A DNA stretch of 63,954 nucleotides, the filler included, from Acetivibrio sp. (GTDB lineage Bacteria > Bacillota > Clostridia > Acetivibrionales > Acetivibrionaceae), in NCBI RefSeq assembly GCF_035371925.1. It is 9 parts of 9 records of this genome, joined end to end, with 100 filler letters (N's around TTAATTAATTAA, not from the genome) between each part and the next. Parts side by side here need not be neighbours in the genome. Positions count along the whole stretch, not along the records: positions 1 to 8,337 come from NZ_DAORXT010000114.1; positions 8,438 to 16,691 come from NZ_DAORXT010000115.1; 7 more parts are not named here. The stretch is one strand, 5' to 3'. The notes under the pieces were generated by a model. The model saw nothing but the letters and a program-made list of their open reading frames with translations. It was not told where the DNA came from and did not search any database. Shown here piece by piece: positions 1-8,507 of this stretch. A program made the translations under genes and the position numbers. Each line of letters starts with the position of its first letter. Within the stretch, counting starts at the first letter, position 1.

Positions 1-111
1 CAACTCGACATACTCAGGAAATCTTCCTGCGAGATACCCTCGTATTTTAGGCACACCCCTGCTTGCAACTTTGTTACCTTCCAGTTTTACAGTAAGCATT
101 TTAATTTCCAA
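1..111 (-). CDS. cas6: CRISPR endoribonuclease Cas6 (Cas6b-type), 5' part only; runs off the window start
   Basis: Hand translation from TTG at 111 (GGGGG RBS upstream): MEIKMLTVKLEGNKVASRGVPKIRGYLAGRFPEYVEL. It is 29/37 identical to the copy at 342-512, which continues into the Cas6b-like LHNH..DKF.YGYP motif. Confidence 0.75.
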   Translation of the reverse strand, partial: MEIKMLTVKLEGNKVASRGVPKIRGYLAGRFPEYVEL

Positions 112-126
112 TGTAATTCCCCCATT

Positions 127-351
127 TTAAATGAAATAATCCCTGTCTATTTTTCTAATAAAGCCTGTATCCTTATCATAGGTACTGCATAACATTTCCC
201 TGCTTATAAAGGTAATCTCCTTTTCATCTATTTCAACATGCTTTTTTACCGCCTGTTCCGGCAAACTGAGCACAAATTGGTAAAAATCTTTTTTCAGCTT
301 ATTAAACTGCCTCTTTCTTTCGAAACGATCGGCAATAAGCTTTATACTTTG
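127..351 (-). pseudogene. cas3: Orphan C-terminal 74 aa of a second, divergent cas3
   Basis: Hand translation QSIKLIADRFERKRQFNKLKKDFYQFVLSLPEQAVKKHVEIDEKEITFISREMLCSTYDKDTGFIRKIDRDYFI* aligns without gaps to the end of Cas3 (526-2928) at 49/74 identity. It has no proper start. Confidence 0.85.
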
Positions 352-512
352 GTTATTACCGGATAACCATAATTAAATTTATCCTCTCCAATATGGTTAT
401 GAAGCTCAAGATACTGAGGAAACTTTCCCGCCAAATACCCCCTTATTTTAGGAACATCCCTACTTTCAACCCTGTTGCCTTCCAATCTTACCGTTAGCAT
501 CTTAATATCCAA
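342..512 (-). pseudogene. cas6: Truncated cas6 (first ~53 codons, then a premature stop)
   Basis: TTG start 7 nt after GGGGG, directly behind the cas3 stop: MDIKMLTVRLEGNRVESRDVPKIRGYLAGKFPQYLELHNHIGEDKFNYGYPVITKV*. The Cas6b N-terminal motif LHNH..YP breaks off where the cas3 fragment begins. Confidence 0.8.
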
Positions 513-525
513 GTCAATTCCCCCA

Positions 526-2928
526 TTAAAAAAAGTAGTCTTTTTCCAAGTCTCTCACAAAGCCAGTGTCTTCATCATAGGTATTAAAAATCATTTCCCT
601 GCTTATAAAAGTTATGTCCTTTTCATCAATATCAACCTGTTTTCTTACAGCAAATTCAGGAAGACTCAATACATACATATACAAGTCTTTCTTATGCTGA
701 TTAAACTTCCTCTTACTCTCAAATCTGTCTTTCATCTGCTTTATACTCTGATACTCCTGCCACACTTTTGTAGCATCATCATCTATTTCAATAAAGACAT
801 CCACAGTTTTAAATTCCTGACGTATAAGCTCAAACACCCCAAAATTTTTATCGTCCTTTCCGCCTTCAAAAGCCTCCCTATATCGAAGCTCCTTTATGCA
901 TTCCAAAAGTTTTTGGCTTTCGTCACTTCCATGGCTCTTCAAACCCTTGTAATACTTTTCTGCCAAGAGAAAAATCTCTTTTTCCTCAATCCCTTCAAGA
1001 CCTGAAAGAGCGTTTTTTGTCTCCTCTATCAATACATTGTCGTAGATATATGCCGCATAGGGTCTGTCATGATGTTTCTCGTTTATTAGATTTACCAACG
1101 TAACAATCCCTTTTTTATCTCCCCATTCTCGATTGCATCTTCCCGATGTCTGATTGATACTGTCCATCGGGCCAAAATCCCTGTAAACCCGGTCAATATC
1201 AATATCCACTCCTGCTTCAATCATCTGGGTCGATACAATAATCTTACGATTTTTGCTTTCCTTAATCTTTTTTATTCTTTCAAGTCTCTCCTTTGGAATG
1301 ATATTTGTCGACAGATAATAAATCTCCGCTCTGTCTTCCAGCTCCTCTTTTATAAATGAATATATATCAATGGAAGTCCTGATAGTGTTCATAACTATTA
1401 GAAAATCGTCCTCTTCATAACGGCTAATGTCATCCAAAAGCAATGCTTTATATTCGTCGATAGTCATCTTCTTCGATAATCTCTTCGCATCAATGGTTAT
1501 GCGGCTAAACTCTTCAAAATATTTTCTCTTATCCTTCGCCAGCTCATATATTTCCTTGTTTTCTTCAGAAAAAATCAGCGGCATGGTTGCAGTCATAAAA
1601 ATGAAATAACAGTTAAGATACCTTGCCATGGCATTAAAAGTTTCCCGCACCAAATTCCAATACCTGTGGGGTATGCTCTGCACTTCATCCAATATTATTA
1701 TGGAATTAACAATGTTGTGGAACTTTTTAAGCTTTCTGTTCCTGTTTGTAAATATGGAATGCAAAAGTTGCACAAAGGTGCTCACAACTATTTCCGAATC
1801 CCAAGATTCCACAAGATGTTCGGAAACAGCATCACTAAAGCTCTCCATTTCGCCTTCCTTTTCCCATTGATAAATTCTCTGCGATAAATAATGATGCTTT
1901 AGAAGTACATTAGATTCGGTAGTACCCAAAACTTTTTGAAAAACATCAAAATTCTGCTCAATAATCGAAGTAAAGGGAAGTACATAAACTATTCTCGGGT
2001 TATATCCCTTCTCTTCAATTAACCTCTCTTTCAATCGAAGAGCAGCTTTAAGAGCTGTAAGAGTTTTTCCGGAACCGGTGGGAAGGTTAATGGATAATAC
2101 CTTTTCCTCAAGCGGAAGATTTTCGACACTGTTTAAAACATCTTGATATGCCTTGTTCCGCCACTTGGCCATCCGAATATTCTTTATCTCAAGACCTTCT
2201 TTAAATTTATCAACACAGTCAGACAATAACGCCGGTCTTTTAGAGCTTTTTTTGATAAAGTCTTCAATATTCATATTTTCGCTATTATATATCGCCTCAA
2301 GCTTGTCAGAAAAAATTAATAAGGAAAACAGATAGTCAATCAATAAGAAAGTTTCAAATCTCATTACTTCTTTTACTTTCTTTCTGACTTTTCTGGAAGT
2401 AAGATAATCTATGTCGTTTTCAAGCTCATCAACGGTATAATTTGATATATCAAAATCAATCCCAAGCCCTGTAATGACTTCCTGGAGTTTATCTCTATCA
2501 ATACTTTCAAACTGCTGCTTTAGAAGACTTATATTTTTTACATCTCCGCTCAATACAGATATAAAATTTGCAAAATCATCAAGCTCTCCATGATGTTTCG
2601 AAACCACTATATAAGATAAAAAAGCAAGAACTTCATTCTTCATATCCGTGTTTACAATTTTGAAGGATAAAATCCCGGACAAAAGACCATGTCTTTTCTT
2701 TTCATCATTTTTTTGCCTATTGCTATCCAAACTTCTTATGTACTCCTGAAAATATGATGTAGACTTTCCAAGATCGTGAGTAAGCAAATTCAATCTATTT
2801 AATTGGCGAACTTCATCATTAGAAAAACTCTCAAATTCAGTCTTTTTCTGCATGAAAATACAGTCCCCAATCAAAAATACATTTCTCAAATGATCCAAAA
2901 GCGGCTTTCCCGGGTGCGAAAGCAACAT
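526..2928 (-). CDS. cas3: CRISPR-associated HD nuclease/SF2 helicase Cas3
   Basis: LLDHL and THDLGK (HD domain), PTGSGKT Walker A, DEVQ, TAT, STQMIEAGVDID and QTSGRCNR motifs; 800 aa. Confidence 0.97.
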   Translation of the reverse strand: MLLSHPGKPLLDHLRNVFLIGDCIFMQKKTEFESFSNDEVRQLNRLNLLTHDLGKSTSYFQEYIRSLDSNRQKNDEKKRHGLLSGILSFKIVNTDMKNEVLAFLSYIVVSKHHGELDDFANFISVLSGDVKNISLLKQQFESIDRDKLQEVITGLGIDFDISNYTVDELENDIDYLTSRKVRKKVKEVMRFETFLLIDYLFSLLIFSDKLEAIYNSENMNIEDFIKKSSKRPALLSDCVDKFKEGLEIKNIRMAKWRNKAYQDVLNSVENLPLEEKVLSINLPTGSGKTLTALKAALRLKERLIEEKGYNPRIVYVLPFTSIIEQNFDVFQKVLGTTESNVLLKHHYLSQRIYQWEKEGEMESFSDAVSEHLVESWDSEIVVSTFVQLLHSIFTNRNRKLKKFHNIVNSIIILDEVQSIPHRYWNLVRETFNAMARYLNCYFIFMTATMPLIFSEENKEIYELAKDKRKYFEEFSRITIDAKRLSKKMTIDEYKALLLDDISRYEEDDFLIVMNTIRTSIDIYSFIKEELEDRAEIYYLSTNIIPKERLERIKKIKESKNRKIIVSTQMIEAGVDIDIDRVYRDFGPMDSINQTSGRCNREWGDKKGIVTLVNLINEKHHDRPYAAYIYDNVLIEETKNALSGLEGIEEKEIFLLAEKYYKGLKSHGSDESQKLLECIKELRYREAFEGGKDDKNFGVFELIRQEFKTVDVFIEIDDDATKVWQEYQSIKQMKDRFESKRKFNQHKKDLYMYVLSLPEFAVRKQVDIDEKDITFISREMIFNTYDEDTGFVRDLEKDYFF

Positions 2929-2939
2929 GGCCCCACCTC

Positions 2940-3653
2940 TTATATAATCAAAATATTCTCATCTATCCCTTCAATTCTAATATAGGAGTCTGCCTTTGCC
3001 TTGATTTTATAGCTGTTCCTTTCAAACAACACCTCTCTATATTCTTTCACATTTCTGTCGGCATCCATTTCCACCGGTATGGTTTCTGTAAAATACTCCC
3101 TGTCGTCTTCGTATTCAACATCACCTTTTTTCAATATATCTAGAGGTATAACACTTGAAAACTCCACAACTTCTTTATTTCCATTTACTTCACGCCCGTC
3201 AAATTCACCGGCAAAAGTATAGTTTGCTAGATTTTCACTAAGCCCCATACTGATTGTATAAACTGTGCTATGGCCATTCAGGAGCTCCTTCAACCTTTCA
3301 TAAATTTGCTTATCACTATGCGTGAAATAAATTCTATAGCACACATCTTTCAAAAACTCAATCTTTATCTGTGTCCGTTCATGTATTATATTCATTGACT
3401 TTTTCGTGTTAATTAAATTTTCACTGATTCTAACCTTTTTTATAGGGCTTTTTATTCCTATTGCAATTTTGGCTTGAGCCTTTGAAAAATGCTTCTGATA
3501 ATCTTCTTTTCCCAATCCCAATATGGCTGCAACTATCCCTGAAACGGCAGTTCTGGTTGGGATTGAATATGTAAGGGGAGATGTTGTAGTATAAGGTTTT
3601 TTGAAATGCCCGTAAGCGGCACTAATATCAAAAACCAGATATTTTTCAGTCAT
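2940..3653 (-). CDS. cas5: Type I-B Cas5
   Basis: N-terminal VFDISAAYGHFKKPYTTTSPLTYSIPTRTAVSGIVAAILG (Cas5 signature) and ISMGLSENLA; lies between cas7 and cas3. Confidence 0.93.
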   Translation of the reverse strand: MTEKYLVFDISAAYGHFKKPYTTTSPLTYSIPTRTAVSGIVAAILGLGKEDYQKHFSKAQAKIAIGIKSPIKKVRISENLINTKKSMNIIHERTQIKIEFLKDVCYRIYFTHSDKQIYERLKELLNGHSTVYTISMGLSENLANYTFAGEFDGREVNGNKEVVEFSSVIPLDILKKGDVEYEDDREYFTETIPVEMDADRNVKEYREVLFERNSYKIKAKADSYIRIEGIDENILII

Positions 3654-3667
3654 TTATCTCCCTCTCT

Positions 3668-4585
3668 CTAAAAAATTTTTTCCTCAAATGGAATCTCTTT
3701 TATATCCTTTAAATTAATTTCCTGACCTTTATAGCATAGCTTCAAGTTTTTATCAGCAACGAACACAACTTTTTCTATTTTATCGCTGTACTGTGCCAAC
3801 TCATCAATAAGCTCATCCAATTTAATAGAAAAGTCTTTGATTGTCCTGATTTTTTCTTCTTCAATATCAAAATTAAGGGCTATCTTGTTTTGCAAATCAC
3901 CTATAAAGAAATTCTGTTCTGCTTTATATACTACCCTAAGCATGAGCCTGGGCATATGTCCCATCTTTGAGCGGGTAATGAGATTTTTTGTACCGTTCCA
4001 CATCGACTCGTCCAGCAAATTCACATCTTCATCGGTAAGTCTAGTATCTTTCGCCGCATTTTCGTTTATTATTCCGTGAAAAGCAATCATGGAATATGGT
4101 ACAATGTATTCCTCTCTAAATGTCTTTTGTGCTTTTCCCTCATCTGAAGCAAATGCACCGGTACCTTTAATATGCTTTAAGCTTACTTTATTTAATGACC
4201 TTCCCATGTTAAACTGTACCGGTCCGGTAAATGTTATCGATGCCTTGTCTAAAGGGATTACGCCACCAAATAATCTTATATCTATCGCCTTTTCAAGGAT
4301 TTCATCTATATTTTCTTTAAAGTCTTTTGCCCTGGCTTTACCGTCTTTTATTCCGCCCTTTTCCGATTTAATTTCCCTTACAAATATATCCTTTCCATTA
4401 GTCCCGTCAAAACCTTTATAACTGTATAAATAATCTCTGACGGTTCTTTTTAGCCTTACATCCGTTACAATATTAATTCCGGTTTCCTCGTCAATTCGAG
4501 GCTTGTTCTCATCCAACGGGTCGCCGTTCGGATTTGCATCTGTAACATCATATAAAAATAATATTTCCTGCCTGTTCTTAATCAT
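3668..4585 (-). CDS. cas7: Type I-B Cas7 (Csh2 family)
   Basis: ANPNGDPLDENKPRID, VTDVRLKRTVRDY, IDIRLFGG and TGPVQF motifs. Confidence 0.93.
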   Translation of the reverse strand: MIKNRQEILFLYDVTDANPNGDPLDENKPRIDEETGINIVTDVRLKRTVRDYLYSYKGFDGTNGKDIFVREIKSEKGGIKDGKARAKDFKENIDEILEKAIDIRLFGGVIPLDKASITFTGPVQFNMGRSLNKVSLKHIKGTGAFASDEGKAQKTFREEYIVPYSMIAFHGIINENAAKDTRLTDEDVNLLDESMWNGTKNLITRSKMGHMPRLMLRVVYKAEQNFFIGDLQNKIALNFDIEEEKIRTIKDFSIKLDELIDELAQYSDKIEKVVFVADKNLKLCYKGQEINLKDIKEIPFEEKIF

Positions 4586-6426
4586 TATTCCTCATCCTCC
4601 CCGTCCTTCTTTTCTTCATTAAAGTGCTTTGCAAGGGACATTCCAAGCACAAAATAAAAACTGATTTCGTCATTGGAAATATTCTTTTGGGATTCCTCTC
4701 CCAACATATACATGCCAATAAGATATTCCAGCTCTTTATAATAATTCTTGTTATACTCATTTAACTTATTAATGGCTTCGGTATATATTCTTTTCACTAT
4801 ATTTTTATCTAATTTCAAACCGTTGAGTCTGCTGTAAAAAGGCTTGCTTCCTCTTTCTTTGTACTGTATGTTTAACAACTTTTCAGTCAGTACTCCTGTC
4901 AAAAACACTGCCCTTTTATAATCTGAACAGAAAACATCCTTGTAACTTTCATTCTCAAAAAAGTCCAGATATTTTTTATTCTTCTCAGTCTTCTCAATCA
5001 TTATTTTTTGCACCTCTTTCCCTTTATCGCTAAATAAACTGAGTTTATCAATAAACATAATACACATGAGTGCTTGGAGTACAAGGGATTTTACATATTC
5101 CTCCCTCACAAAGTCAGTTCTTATCTTTGAAATCATTCTTCCTAAAATAAATTTGTAGCTTATCTTTTTATATGTAAAAACATTGTTTAAAATTTCAAGA
5201 AAGCTCTTGTCAAAATTTCCTTCCGTCTTACTGTTGGGGAAAAAGGTCCTTATTTTATCAAATCCAAACTTCAAATCATAGGTTGTATTATCTTTGCCCG
5301 GAAGATTTTTAAACAGCTCTATCTCATCTACTCTGTCTTTTATTCTCAATATATTCTTTATTTTGCTCGGCACAATGTCTTCAATGTAGAGTAGTATCCT
5401 AAAAACGCTTCCCGACTGTTCTTCTTTAAAAACAAGCATATTGTAATTGAGATAATTTTTACTATCTTTCATTATCTCTAAGAAATCTTTCTCACTTCCA
5501 AGAAGATTTTGCTTTGTGGATTCACTAGTAGAAAAGTTTGTATTCTTTTCAAACTCTTCTAGGGTCTCAATAAATTCCGCCTCATCCTCTGCATCCCTTA
5601 TTACAGCTTTAGGGATTACAAAATAGTTAAAGCCAGAAAACCTTGATGTAAGGTTTTCTCTAATATATTTCTTACCCTGCTCCAGCTTCTGGGCACAACA
5701 AGCACATACCGGATAATTCCTCCATGCATTTTCCTGCTTGAAGCCACCCGTCACAAACCCGATTTTATCAACGGTGTAGGAGTTATATGTATTAACGAAT
5801 CCAAAGACTTCACTCTCATTTTTGCAATAATAGCAGATACCTTTACCTTTTGATGTTTTACCGTATTTGCTGTAATACTGTTCATCCAAAATCCTGGCAA
5901 GATGATTTTTTATTAATTGGAAATCACCCATATACTTTTCATTATTGTTATCAAATAATGTAACTGTGATAATAAATGATTCGCCTTTTTTTAACGGAGT
6001 AGATTTGACTTTTTCCGTAATATCGTTTTCTATGATTTCCTGATTTGAAGATATGTACTCATAAATATCATTAAATATCTTTTTCTCCTCATCATTTTGG
6101 CTTGCACTATTTAATATATCATTAAAAGATATTGTTATCTTGTTTAGAGTTTTCGTTGGATCTGTATACTTTGAAGTTGGTGTTATATCTCCACCCCTTG
6201 CACTTCCCTTTTTATATGCGTACTTATTTATTTTATCTAATGAAAATTCTTCATACTCTACTCCGCGGTAGGTTACATTACCTTTTTCAAGTTCAAATGC
6301 AATCTTTAAGACATGATTGTAATTGCCTTTATCATTAGGATTCTCAATGACTTGAAGATATTCTTCGACGTCAGTAGTCTTCTTGTTAAGTACATACTGT
6401 CCTAACTGCAATACTCCCGCAAGCAA
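4585..6426 (-). CDS. cas8b: Type I-B large subunit Cas8b (Csh1/TM1802 family)
   Basis: CYYC and CACC zinc sites, YTVDKIGF..GGF, C-terminal AVFLTGVL/FYFVLGM small-subunit-like region. Probable TTG start at 6426 behind AAGAAGGTGA; the ORF track extends to 6444. Confidence 0.9.
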   Translation of the reverse strand: MLAGVLQLGQYVLNKKTTDVEEYLQVIENPNDKGNYNHVLKIAFELEKGNVTYRGVEYEEFSLDKINKYAYKKGSARGGDITPTSKYTDPTKTLNKITISFNDILNSASQNDEEKKIFNDIYEYISSNQEIIENDITEKVKSTPLKKGESFIITVTLFDNNNEKYMGDFQLIKNHLARILDEQYYSKYGKTSKGKGICYYCKNESEVFGFVNTYNSYTVDKIGFVTGGFKQENAWRNYPVCACCAQKLEQGKKYIRENLTSRFSGFNYFVIPKAVIRDAEDEAEFIETLEEFEKNTNFSTSESTKQNLLGSEKDFLEIMKDSKNYLNYNMLVFKEEQSGSVFRILLYIEDIVPSKIKNILRIKDRVDEIELFKNLPGKDNTTYDLKFGFDKIRTFFPNSKTEGNFDKSFLEILNNVFTYKKISYKFILGRMISKIRTDFVREEYVKSLVLQALMCIMFIDKLSLFSDKGKEVQKIMIEKTEKNKKYLDFFENESYKDVFCSDYKRAVFLTGVLTEKLLNIQYKERGSKPFYSRLNGLKLDKNIVKRIYTEAINKLNEYNKNYYKELEYLIGMYMLGEESQKNISNDEISFYFVLGMSLAKHFNEEKKDGEDEE

Positions 6427-6623
6427 GGAGTCACCTTCTTTCAAAGCAGTAAAATTTTATAGAATTATTGTACATCATATGATAAGTAGTGTCAATTAAT
6501 GTAACTTTTTTCGACAAAACTTGTTGTTTTGCGACATTATTTTAATCTTTTGCGTTGTACTCACAAATTCCACCTTATATATAATATCAACCAATCCCCA
6601 ATTAATGTAAACTTCGACTATTT

Positions 6624-8336
6624 ATTTGAATCCTTGTTTTACTGGAAGTACCACTTCAACTNNNNNNNNNNNNNNNNNNNNNNNNNNNNNNNNNNNNNNN
6701 NNNNNNNNNNNNNNNNNNNNNNNNNNNNNNNNNNNNNNNNNNNNNNNNNNNNNNNNNNNNNAATCCTTGTTTTACTGGAAGTACCACTTCAACTTATATA
6801 AGCAATACAGCTTTGATAGGGGTATGTTTAGTTTCAATCCTTGTTTTACTGGAAGTACCACTTCAACCCTACAATAACCCCTTCTGAGTTAATATAAAAG
6901 TTTTGAGTTTCAATCCTTGTTTTACTGGAAGTACCACTTCAACATAACTAACCAAGACCGAGATTCTACATACTCAGTGTTTCAATCCTTGTTTTACTGG
7001 AAGTACCACTTCAACTACAGCTAATACTAAGCATGGGATAGGATATAGAAGTTTCAATCCTTGTTTTACTGGAAGTACCACTTCAACTTGCTACAACAGC
7101 AGGGAATACAGGGACAGGTTGGTTGTTTCAATCCTTGTTTTACTGGAAGTACCACTTCAACAAAAAATGAAAAAATTTCTAACAAATGCTTTTAGTATTG
7201 TTTCAATCCTTGTTTTACTGGAAGTACCACTTCAACTCCTTCGATGTATTGAATTAGCCTGTCTACATCAACAGTTTCAATCCTTGTTTTACTGGAAGTA
7301 CCACTTCAACTTGGATTCAATGTTGCTATAATGAAATTTTAGCAGAGTTTCAATCCTTGTTTTACTGGAAGTACCACTTCAACTATAAGTGATCGGCCTT
7401 ATGTCGCCAAACCCTTCCTGTTTCAATCCTTGTTTTACTGGAAGTACCACTTCAACCTTGTTGTTGCCGGAATTTTCCACCAATCAAAAAAGAGTTTCAA
7501 TCCTTGTTTTACTGGAAGTACCACTTCAACTATAGGGTTTCAAGGAAATTATGAACCGTTTGACTCGTTTCAATCCTTGTTTTACTGGAAGTACCACTTC
7601 AACACAATTGATGTTAGTGACTGTTCCGATGCTGAGGCGTTTCAATCCTTGTTTTACTGGAAGTACCACTTCAACTCGTTTGCTCCGTATGAACTACTTG
7701 CTGATTTTTCGTGTTTCAATCCTTGTTTTACTGGAAGTACCACTTCAACATAATTTGCTTACGAATCCGCAATTTTCTGATTCTAAGTTTCAATCCTTGT
7801 TTTACTGGAAGTACCACTTCAACCAGGTTGGCTATATTGGCAAAGATTTCAAGCTGCGGTTTCAATCCTTGTTTTACTGGAAGTACCACTTCAACCCCTT
7901 CATCGTATACCTTTACTGTATCACCTAATTGTTTCAATCCTTGTTTTACTGGAAGTACCACTTCAACCCAAGACATATTTTAGGACTGCAAGGTCAAATA
8001 ATAAGTTTCAATCCTTGTTTTACTGGAAGTACCACTTCAACGTGGATTTATCGGGGACACAACCGTTGCGAGAACAAGTTTCAATCCTTGTTTTACTGGA
8101 AGTACCACTTCAACCCAGATAAGCAATTAAGTTTCCGTATGACGGCTATTATGTTTCAATCCTTGTTTTACTGGAAGTACCACTTCAACAAGATGCAACG
8201 TCGACAGAGAAAAAGTCGATAAGGTGTTTCAATCCTTGTTTTACTGGAAGTACCACTTCAACACATTGATAAATGAATAGGAGGTCTTGAAAATGTTGGG
8301 TTTCAATCCTTGTTTTACTGGAAGTACCACTTCAAC
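6624..8336 (-). CRISPR. Type I-B CRISPR array, 37-bp repeat GTTGAAGTGGTACTTCCAGTAAAACAAGGATTGAAAC (minus strand)
   Basis: 23 repeats visible (22 complete, one cut by the N gap at 6662-6761) and 21 complete spacers of 35-39 bp. The repeat ends ATTGAAAC on the minus strand. The degenerate terminal repeat at 6624-6660 (two changes) marks the trailer end, so the leader lies beyond the contig end at 8337. Confidence 0.98.
6662..6761. other. 100-N scaffold gap inside the CRISPR array (no stop linker)
   Basis: Run of 100 N flanked by repeats on both sides. Confidence 0.97.
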
Positions 8337-8337
8337 T

Positions 8338-8437
8338 NNNNNNNNNNNNNNNNNNNNNNNNNNNNNNNNNNNNNNNNNNNNTTAATTAATTAANNNNNNN
8401 NNNNNNNNNNNNNNNNNNNNNNNNNNNNNNNNNNNNN
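8338..8437. other. Artificial contig linker
   Basis: 44 N + TTAATTAATTAA + 44 N. Confidence 0.98.
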
Positions 8438-8507
8438 CTTGCTCCTGAAATAGAGACCTCGAAAGCAATACGAGTTTTCGAGAGCATTAAAAAAATATTC
8501 GGGAGGT

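Noticed and set aside
475..1005. 176-aa plus-strand ORF and the many other antisense ORFs inside long genes
   Set aside because: They are shadows of well-supported genes on the opposite strand, with no motifs or RBS.
6427..6623. Possible CreTA-like mini-array or degenerate repeat near the cas genes
   Set aside because: I found no repeat-like sequence here or between the cas genes, other than the terminal repeat.
6529..8222. ORFs of 70-125 aa across the CRISPR array
   Set aside because: They are translations of repeat-spacer units (FNPCFTGSTTST / FQSLFYWKYHFN), not genes.
6794..8299. Self-targeting spacers
   Set aside because: I noticed no match to the rest of the window by eye. This is not exhaustive and needs BLAST against the full genome.
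8382..8393. Recurring TTAATTAATTAA palindrome
   Set aside because: It is always centred in 100-nt N spacers, so it is a synthetic six-frame stop linker.
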